Positions 12,552 through 22,394 of a DNA stretch of 64,000 nucleotides are shown here, one piece after another. Origin of the DNA: Scyliorhinus canicula (taxonomy: Eukaryota); the NCBI RefSeq assembly GCF_902713615.1, contig NC_052146.1, positions 68,963,238 to 69,027,237 of the forward strand. Reading direction: 5' to 3'. How positions within the stretch are numbered: the stretch's first letter is position 1; each line of letters starts with the position of its first letter. The translations under genes and the position numbers were made by a program. Under the pieces are notes generated by a model. The model was given only the letters and a program-made list of their open reading frames with translations. It was not told where the DNA came from and did no database searches.

Positions 12552-12889
12552 CCTATTTTTTTCGTACAGCAGTTGTCAATGATTCTGCTGACATTGACGC
12601 CTCAGCTCTACCCATCTTGTATTTAATTGTCCTATTACCTTCACCCTTTGCGTGCTTATTCCTTTTAATCTCGCCTGCCTTCCCCTGCATCACATACCTC
12701 TTTTTTTGTCTACCTTCCCCCTCCCTTTCTCTGAATTTGCTTTAAACCTGTTGCATCTGTAACTTTTTCCAGTTCTGGTGAAAGCTGTTTCTCTCTCCAC
12801 AGATGCTGCCGGACACAATCTGTTGCTGAAGATTTCCAACTGTTTTTTTTTAGATTTGCAGCATCCGTGGTATTTTGCCTTGGAGCCTT

Positions 12890-13430
12890 TTTCGGCCGCA
12901 GCGACCGGCATTCCGTCAACTCAGTGAAAATAAATTCTCCCGCTCCATTATTTTTGGACCTCTGTGGAGTTGGGTTGGAGGCTTATCCTCAGGCCCGCGC
13001 TACCATGGAAACACGACAAATCCCATCATGCCTCGGGCGGGCCATGGGCCGCTGCCATTGGTCAGCCGGGGAGGGGTTGGTTACGCGGATGGCGTCGCAC
13101 GGACCAATTGGAAGACCCGAGGGGGAGCCGGCCTGCAGGTTCAGGCGGTGGCGGTGATGGTCCGCGGATACTTGAGGTAAGCAACCGGCGAGTAAGATTC
13201 ACATGTGTGTCGGGCAGGCTGAGGCTGCCGTGAGGCGGGGTTGCCCCTGGAGGAAGTGGCATGAGCGTGTCCATTGATGGGTGCCGCTGCCTGGTTGCCC
13301 GGGCAGGGCAGCGTCCTGATGAAATGTCGATGGAGGCGCCGAAAGAGGGTCGGCCTCTGCTGCTTAATGATCTCTCTCCCTTCCCCCGTTCGTCTGGATA
13401 TTGAGGGCCATTCCTCCACCGCGTGGTGTA
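12890..13430 (+). promoter_or_regulatory. CTU1: CpG-island promoter and first exon of CTU1 (donor at 13176)
   Basis: GC- and CpG-rich non-repeat stretch. RFX X-box-like GCTACCATGGAAAC at 12999-13012; ZNF143/Staf-like ACGACAAATCCCATCATGCCTCGGG at 13013-13037; CCAAT boxes at 13057 and 13104; consensus donor GAG|GTAAGC at 13176/13177. Assignment to CTU1 across an 18-kb intron is inferred. Confidence 0.7.
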
Positions 13431-13715
13431 ACGCAGATATTACGTTGAATTTGCTTCATGGAAACGGGCCACCTGACCCAACGTGTTAGAACTTTATAAA
13501 TCACTGGTTAGACCTCTAGACTAGAGCGCTGTAGGTCATTCTGGGCCCCACGTTTCAGGGGAAAAAAACAATCAAAAAGACGGACTGAATTAGTTTACTT
13601 GGATTGGGAGGATTCAGTTGGGAAAGTTAGGCTTATACTCCTTGGAACAGAGTTTAGGAGGTGAACTGTGAGAGGTTTTCAAAATTAGAAGAAGTTTTGA
13701 CCCTGTGGCAAGTGG

Positions 13716-16700
13716 TGATACACCACCAGTAATACACGATGAGTGATAAACGCAACTAAGACTTTAATACATTAAACAGCAAGCCACCAAGGCGGAGACT
13801 TGCCATTTTCATGCAGAAGCTGAGGGGAGGAGCCACAGGCGGAGACAGCCTGGAGAAGCCTGGCATGTACGACACAGTATAATGCATATAATACAATAAC
13901 ATGGTTTACCACATTCACCCCCTGTTTAAAAAAGGGGTGAAGTGGTCTTAAAGGTCAAGTCTGTCGGGGGCCTTGACGTTCTGCCGTGATCGTCTCAGTC
14001 CTGGCTGTGGTGTGGGCACCGGCGTCGAGACCTGCGCATCCGGGAGCATGTTGTCATCATCTTCTTAACCCAGATGTTGAGTCGGCAAAGGGGGGGTGGG
14101 GGTGTACGGGCGGAGGTGGTGGTGCTTGTCGCCGGTGGGCTTGCGGGTGTCCGTTTGCGAGGGAGGTGGGCAGGGGTGGGAGAAGATGGTGGGGGGTGGT
14201 GGTGATGGTCTCTGGGGAGCCTGCTGGAGCCAAATCCCAAAGGGAGACCGTTTCCTGCCGCCCGTCCTGGTGTACCACGTAGGCATATTGGGGGTTTGCA
14301 TGGAGCATCAGGACCTTCTCGACGGGGGGGTTGGTTTTATGGCTCCTCGCATGCTGCCGGAGAAGGACGGGCCCTGGGACTGTCCGCCAGCACGGAAGCG
14401 AGACCCCGGAGGTGGACTTCCTGAGTTTCGTTAGTAGCAGTACATAGGAGCGACTGGATGGACTAAAGCGCGTCACGGAGGACCTCCTGCCAGCGGGTGA
14501 CTGGGAGACTTTGCAAAAGTAGGGCCAGAAGGACGGCCTTCCAGACCGTCGCGGTCTCCCTCTCCACCTGTCCTTTTCCCCGGGGCTTATATCTGGTCGT
14601 CCTTGTCCTCCTAGTTGGGGACCGACTGGGCATAGTAAGAGAAGAACCCTAGGCATCTCTTCAGGGCCTTGGGGGAGGGGGAGTTCCAGGAGGGGGTGCA
14701 TGCGGTTGGGGTCGGGCCCTAGGACCCCGTGTTCCATGACGTAGCCGAGGATGGCCAGGCGAGTTGTGCGAAAGGCGCATTTCTCTCTATTATAAGTTAG
14801 GTCAGGGGTTTTGCGGTGTGGAGGAAGCGCCAGAGGTTCTCGTCATGGTCCTGCTGGTCACGGCCGCAGATGGTGACATCATCTTCTTAACCCAGATCTA
14901 GGTACAGGAACACGGCCCGCAGCCTGTACTTGTCAACCATTCGGTCCATTTCCCTTTGGAAGACCGAGACCCCGTTGGTGACGCTGAAGGGAACCCATAG
15001 GAAGTGATAGAGGCGGCCACCTGCCTCGAAGGGAGTGTATTTGCGGTCCTCCCGGCGGATAGGGAGCTGGTGACACGCAGACATCAAGTCGACTGTACAG
15101 AAGACTCGATACTGCGCAATCTGATTGACCATGTCAGATATGCAGGGGAGGGGGTAGGCATCGAGCTGCGTGTACCGGTTGATGGTCTGGCTATAATCGA
15201 TGACCATCCGGTGCTTCTCCCCAGTCTTGACGACCACCATTTGGGCTCTCCAGGGGCTGTTACTATCCTCAATGATCCCCTCTTGCAGGAGTCGCTGGAC
15301 CTCCGACCTGATGAACGCCCTGTCCTGGGCTCTGTAGCATCTGCTTCTGGTAACGACGGGCTTACAGTCCGGAGTGAGGTTTGCGAAGAGGGAGGGTGGG
15401 GTGACCTTCAGGGTCCCAAGGCTGCAGACAGTGAAGGGGGGCAGGGGTCTGTTGAATTTTAAGGTAAGGCTCTGAAGATGGCACTGGAAGTCGAGCCCCA
15501 GCAATAGGGCAGCGCAGAGATGGGGGAGGACGTAGAGCTTAAAGTTGGTATACTGTACGCCTTGCACAGTGAGGGTCGCGACACAGTACCCCCGGATTTC
15601 TACTGCGTGGGATCCAGAAGCCAGGGAGATTTTCTGGGTAGGACGGGGAGCAGCGCCTTACCGTACCTGGGTGTATGAAGCTGTCTGTGCTCCTGCAGTC
15701 GAAAAGGAAGGCTGCCTCGTGCCCGTTGATCCGGGCGGTCATCATGGACTTCGTGAGGTGGTGCGGCCAGGACTGGTCGAGTGTGACATAGGCGAGTGTC
15801 GGAAGGCGATCGGTGGGCCGGTCGGAGGTAGCGGCGGCCAGCGTATGGTCGGGTGAGCAGGGCTTCCGGGAGGCTGCGGAGTGGTCCCAAGGTGGCGGGC
15901 CCCATGAGTCGCGCATGGCGGGTGAGGTGCAAGATGGTGGCCCCCGTGGGTCGCGCGTGTTGACCGAAATTAAAGATGGCAGCACCCAAAGGTCGCACAT
16001 GGCGGGTGGCGCGGCAGCCGGGGGTGGCCCCAGCAGGCAGCGCTGCTGGGCCTAGAAGATTTGGGGGGGGGGGGGGGGGTGTCGGGCCTGGCCGGCTTTT
16101 GCGAAGTGGCCCTTCTTCCTTCAGCCATTGCAAGTTGCGTTCTGTGCCAGGCAGCGTTGTCGGGGGTGATTACTCTGACCGCAGAAATAGCACTTCAGGC
16201 CTCTGGCGTTGGCGGGCCTGTGTGCAGCGCAGTCTTGCGTCGCACCCGGGTCGGTTGATGGCTGCGCCCACGAGGGTGCCGCACGGTCGGAGGTGTAGGC
16301 CCCCATGTTCTGGCAGGCCACATCCGGTAAGGTGGAGAGTTGTACTGTCTCTGGGAGGCCGTGTGTCCCCCTTCTAATAATCGCTGGCGGATATAGTTAG
16401 AGTGCATGCCCACGACATAGGCGTCCCTGATCAGCTCCGTGTGCTGGGTAGCCGATATCGCCCGGCAGTCACAGTTTTGGCAGAGGATGCGCAAGGCACG
16501 CAGGAATTCTGCGAGTGATTCCCCAGGGCATTGCCGTCTCGTGGCGAAGAGGTGCCTAGCATATACCTGGTTGACGGATTTCACGTAATGTCCTTTTAGC
16601 AGCGTTATTGCCTCCTCGTACGAGGGGGTGCCCCTGATGAGGTTAAAGACTCTTGGGCTCGCCCGTGCGTGGAGGATCTGCTTTTCCTGGAGGTGTGTGA

Positions 16701-17087
16701 AGTCTTTGTTGAAGGATGCGAGGTACGGTTCGAAGCAGCTTAGCCAGTGTTCAAACGTCTCTGTAGCGTCGGCTGCTTGCGAGTCCAGTTCTAAGCGATC
16801 AGGCTTGAGTGAGGAGTTCATCTTGAGTGAAGAGTCCATCTTTAGACGTTTAGTGTATTAAATTGATACACCATCAATAATACATGACAAGTGATGCACA
16901 AAACTGAGGCTTTAATACACTAAACAGCAAGCCTTCTGCCTCTGGACCCGAACTGAGTCCAGAGGCGGAGACTTGCCACTTTTATACAGAAGCCCGAGGG
17001 GAGGAACCACAGGCAGAGCCAGTCTGGACAAGCCAGGCATGTACGATACAGTACAATGCATATAATACAATAACGTGGTTTACCACA
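13716..17087 (-). mobile_element. Ty3/Gypsy LTR retrotransposon, internally deleted and frameshifted (possibly Mag-like)
   Basis: LTRs at 16864-17087 and 13716-13913 (TG...CA); 5-bp TSD AGTGG; gag from ATG 16839 with zinc-knuckle remnants; protease (FLFDCRST); RT (SPWRAQMVVV, RMVIDYS, LDAYPLP, YLD); integrase C-terminal remnant (PGPVLLR); purine tract next to the 3' LTR. Confidence 0.93.
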
Positions 17088-18069
17088 AGTGGGTCAGGGG
17101 CTTTTCACAGTAACGTTGAAGCCTACTTGTGACAATAAGCGATTATTATTATAACTAGAGGTCCTTGGCTTAAAATTATTACGATGAGCACTTGAGCCAC
17201 TTTACCAACATTCTGATTGCCCATCCCTAATTGCCCTTGAGAAGGTGGTGGTGAGCCACCTACTTGAACTGTTGCAGTCTCCCAACAACCACAACCATCT
17301 TCCTTTGTATTTTGGATGATGCCAACCAATGGAGTCTTCCCTCTGATTACCATTGGCACCAGTAGGTGATAATCAGCAGGAGGTTTCCTTGCCCATGTTT
17401 TACCTGATGCATGACATTTCACAGGGCCCAGAGTCAATGCTGAGAACTCAAGGCAACTCCCTCCCAAACGTATATGGCTGCGCCACCAGCTCTGCTAGTT
17501 CTGCTCTGCCGGTGGGACAGGACATAACATACAGTCAGAAAGGTGATGTCTGGCACATAGTCATACTGACGGAATCAGAATCATATTTTCTATACAATGT
17601 CAGGCTGCTACTTGACTGATCTGTGGGACAGCTCTCCCAAATTTGGAACAAGCGCTGAGATGTTAGTGAGGAGGACTTTCCAGGATTAACAGGGCTGGGT
17701 TTGCTGGTGTAATTTCTGGTGCCTGGATAGATGCCGGGTGATCTGTCTGGTTTCATTCCTTTTTTGGTTGGCTTTGTAGTGGGCATTAGAGGGCTGCATG
17801 TGGTGCAATGGTTAGCACTGGGACTACAGCGTTGAGGACCCGGGTTTGAATCCTGGCCCTGGGTCACGGTCCGTGTGGAGTTTGCACATTCTCCCCGTGT
17901 CTGCGTGGGTTTTATCCCCACAACCCAAGAGATGTGCAGGTTGGGCAGATTGGCCATGCTAAATTGCCCTTTAATTGGGAAAAAAAATTAAGAGTTAACC
18001 ACATTGCTATGAGTCTGAAGTCACATGTAGGGTACCCTGGTAAGAATAGCAGATTTCCTTTCCTAAAGG

Positions 18070-20940
18070 ACTGGGCTTTTTTTTTAATGTATTCTCCTTT
18101 TTCAAATTTTCTCCCAAATTTACACCCAACAATAAACAATAATTAGTAATGAATGTAATGTCAATCCCCATATCAATAACAGCAATCACCCATAGTCACC
18201 ATTAACACATACATTCCCTTTCCCCCCGACCCTCCCAGCCCCCAACCCCCCTAATGCTCGATGTGATCCAATTCTCGAAAGTGCCTAATGAATAACGCCC
18301 ATGAATTGTAGAATCCCTCCATCCTCCCCCTCAGTTCAAATTTGACCATTTCAAGCGTCAGGAATTCCAGCAGGTTACCCCGCCACCCCAGGGCACAGGG
18401 TGGAATGGTTGATCTCCACCCTAACAGGATCCGCCTTCGGGCGATCAATGAGGCAAAGGCTACAACATCTGCCTCCGCGCCCGTTTCTAACCCCGGCTGG
18501 TCCAACACCCCTAATATGGCCTCCCGAGGGACCGAGTCCAGTTTCACGTGCACCACTTTAAAGATTACCCTAACCACCACCTTCCAGTAAACCTCCAGCT
18601 TTGGACATATGAACGTGGTTTGCGGTGCGTTCTATGCACCACCTTCAGCTGTATCAGCCCCAACCACGCACACGAGGTGGAGACGTTCACCCTCCGTAGC
18701 ACCTCACACTAGAACTGTAGCCATCTAAAATGGCCACCTGCAAAGGACCATGGGAATTATGGCCAACCCATGACTCAAACAGGTACAGAGCCTATGTGTA
18801 TCTGAAACACAGGTAACCAGACCTGTTCGAAACCCCAGCTTGTTTGCATTTTAATGTCCGATTTTCCCAGGACAATAGAACTCCAATCAAGCTACAGCCA
18901 CAGACTGATCGGCGCCACTCCCTTTACTCAGAAAGCCCAACTGCCAAAGTCAATGACCACTAAGGCCCCGCCCAGCTACCAAGGCACCCGCCCCTTTATT
19001 GGCCGAAATCAAAGACAGTGATCAGAGCCCTGTCGAACTATTGGGTCCAAGGTTAAGGACTACCCCAAAGAGCGCAAAATCCCAGAGGGATAAAAGAGAG
19101 CACAGCCCTGTGTTCTGTCTCTTTTGGATCCGGCCTGTGCCAGCCCAATTGAAGCAGGAACAGCCAGCTAAGTTCATCACAAACAATCGCTACCTGAAGG
19201 ATGAGCCCAGCAGAGACAGAGCCACTTTCTTCGAACCAGCCAAGTGAAAGCCAGATAAAGGCCTTATCCATTTGCGCAGTGCTGGTCGCCCTGAAGTTAA
19301 GTATAGGTTATTGTAGCTGATAGGTGTAGTTTAACTCGTAGTAGATATTGTGTTTGTATGTTGAGATAATATCATAGTTATCATAGAATTTACAGTGTAG
19401 AAAGAGGCCATTCGGCCCATCGAGTCTGCACCGGCTCTTGGAAAGAGCACCCTATCCAAGGTCAACACCTCCACCCTATCCCCATAACCCAGTAACCACA
19501 CCCAACACTAAGGGCAATTTTGGACACTAAGGGCAATTTATCATGGCCAATCCACCTAGCCTGCACATCTTTGGACTGTGGGAGGAAACCGGAGCACCCG
19601 GAGGAAACCCACGCACACATGGGGAGGTTGTGCAGATTTCGCACAGACAGTGACCAAAGCCGGAATTGAACCTGGGACCCTGGAGCTGTGAAGCAATTGT
19701 GCTATCCACAATGCTACCATGCTGCCCCATAACTCTTGTGTATGCAAATAAACAATCTTTTGAACTAACTAACTGATTGTGTGGTCATTTGATCGATATA
19801 AGGGAAAGCTTGTGGTTCACCAACATTATTAATAGAACAGCAGAACCCCTCCTCCATACCCTCTCCCAACTCTTCCTCCCACTTTGCCTTGATCCCTTCT
19901 AGCGGCGCCTTCTCCTTCTCCAGAATAGCCCCGTAAACCGCCGATACAACCTCCTTCTCCAGTCCCCCTGTCGTCAGCACCTCCTCCAGTAATGTGGAAG
20001 CCGGCTGTACTGGGAAGCTCTGTATCTCCTTTCTGGCAAAGTCTCGAACCTGCAAGTATCTAAATATTTCCCCCTGCTCCAGCCCATACTTCACTCCCAG
20101 CTCCTTCAATCCTGCAAAACAACACCCAAGAAACAAACCTTCTAGTGTCCTAAATCCTTTCTCTTCCCATCTCCGAAAATTTCCATCCCACTTCCCTGGC
20201 TCAAATCTATAGTTCCCCCAAATCAGCGTTTCCCTTGACCCTGCCCCCAAACCGAAGTGCTGTTGAAACTGCCTCCAAATTCTCAACGAAGTTATTACTA
20301 CTGGACTCCCTGAGTATCTCCCCAGGGCCATTGGGAGCGGCGCTGTCGTTAGCGCCTTCAATCCCGACCCCCTACCCAAACTCCTCCATTCTGACCCATT
20401 GGGAGTCAACCCCTCTGACCTAGCTCCGTACCTTCTCCACACTCGCCACACAGTAATAATACATCAGGTTCGGAAGACCCAAACCCCCTGCCTGCTTTCC
20501 TCTCTGTAGTGGAACCTTTTTAATTCTGGCCACCAACCCTCCCCACATGAACCTGGTAATCATCTCTTCGATCTCTCTAAAAAATGTCTTTAGCAGGAAA
20601 ATCGGCAGGCTTTGAAAAATAAATAGGAATCGCAGCAGCACACTCATTTTAACCGCCTGTACCCGACCCGCCAGTGACCGAGGGAGATCATCCCACCTTG
20701 CCAGATGAGCTTTCACCCTCCCCACCAAACTAGAAATGTACCTGTGCCCCCCCCCCCCCCCCCCCAATCTCGAACAACCTGTACCCCCAGGTATCTAATG
20801 TGAGTCCCTGCCTTGCGGAATGGCAAACCCCCTGCCCCCACCCCTGGCCGAGACACCACAAAATACTCGTTCTTGTGTAGATTTAATTTGTACCCGAGAA
20901 AGACCCAAACACCCAAAGCAGCTCCAATATTCCCCCTATT
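18070..20940 (-). mobile_element. Truncated L1, same family as 57385-63310, split by a solo LTR
   Basis: ORF2 fragments at 18251..18580, 19765..20451 and 20420..20916; 3'UTR similar to 57400-57630. Confidence 0.88.
18716..19842 (+). mobile_element. Solo LTR (ERV- or Gypsy-type) inserted in an L1, with a nested SINE
   Basis: TG...CA termini; 4-bp TSD GAAC; the L1 sequence resumes exactly on both sides; TATA-like GATAAAA near 19090; AATAAA near 19747. Confidence 0.8.
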
Positions 20941-21801
20941 GACACATTCAGTTCTGACACGTATAACAACAAGTCATCGGCTCTATTTCTGCATGGTGGG
21001 ATTCAAAACTGACCCCAGAGATTTGCCTGGGCCTCGTGTTGGTAGTCCGGTGATTTTACCAGTCTACAGCGTTATGGACAAACAAAACAATCAGGTCGAG
21101 CCAGCATAAATAGAATAGTCCAAATGTCCACCTGTATTGTAAGTTCCTTCTGTAAACAATTATTTTTGCAATATGTATTAACTAGGTCAGTATTTAAACT
21201 TTGCACAAGCCTCCTTCAATGTAATTGCTACTTCTCTCTTTGTCCCCCATCTCCTCCCAAAACGGATCCATTTGAGGTACCTGTTCCCACGTTTTATCAG
21301 TCCACCAAACAACATTAACGTGTCTCTCTTTTGTAGACATTTTTCAATAAATCCTGTTACCGTGCCATGACCTTTCTCCCGAGTCTCTATTGTGATACTT
21401 CATTGAAGGCCTTCTGAAATTATATGTATATTATCCATTTTTCTACTCTCACTTTACTGTTAAAACCCCACAAAAAGTTAAGCAATGATAAGTAGCTGGG
21501 TTTTAACAGCTAACAGTTTTAACAGTCTGAACAATAATTACTATTGAAAACTGATCGGACTAAAAAATGTGAAATGTCTCCAATTACTAGGATTTCTAAA
21601 TAGGTTATTCTTTAGGTTTTTCAAGCTATTTCAACCTCTGCCCTCAGCCGACTTTTATTTTGTTCAGCGTAAAAGCAATGCAAAGCTGTTTTGATTATTA
21701 CTGGTTGCCAGGCTGCATATGAGAATCCTTCCATGTGATTGATCGCCTTGACACCAGCTCAGCTCAGCCCTGGGAATCCCCATTAAACAACACTTAAATT
21801 A

Positions 21802-22164
21802 GGGCAGCACGGTAGCATTGTGGATAGCACAATCGCTTCACAGCTCCAGGGTCCCAGGTTCGATTCCGGCTTGGGTCACTGTCTGTGCGGAGTCTGCACA
21901 TCCTCCCTGTGTGTGCGTGGGTTTCCTCCGGGTGCTCCGGTTTCCTTCCACAGTCCAAAGATGTGCAGGTTAGGTGGATTGGCCATGATAAATTGTCCTT
22001 AGAGTCCAAAACTGCCCTTAGTGCTGGGTGGGGTTGCTGGGTTATGGGATTATGGGGCTAGGGTGGAGTTGTTGACCTTGGGTATGGTGCTCTTTCCAAG
22101 AGCCGGTGCAGACTCGATGAGCTGAATGGCCTCCTTCTGCACTGTAAATTCTATGATTCTATGA
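21802..22164 (+). repeat. tRNA-derived SINE with a CR1-type tail
   Basis: Same head as above, ending ...gaatggcctccttctgcactgtaaa(TTCTATGA)2. Related copies at 19372-19727, 27866-28207, 46476-46800 and 47240-47729. Confidence 0.85.
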
Positions 22165-22394
22165 AATGCACGTAATAGTTCACCCCACAGTCACCGCTGG
22201 ATCTCAGTCAGTGACAAACGTTCTTGCTTCGCCACTGACCACAGAGTCTTGTCCACTGCATTGTTCTTTTCTATTCTTTGTTACTTCTTCAAATAATTCC
22301 TTTTTGAAATCCATGCTGATTTTTTATCATATTCTCCATATTTATATCTTTTGTTTTCCAATATTTTGGTGATGATTCTAGTATCTATCTTGTT

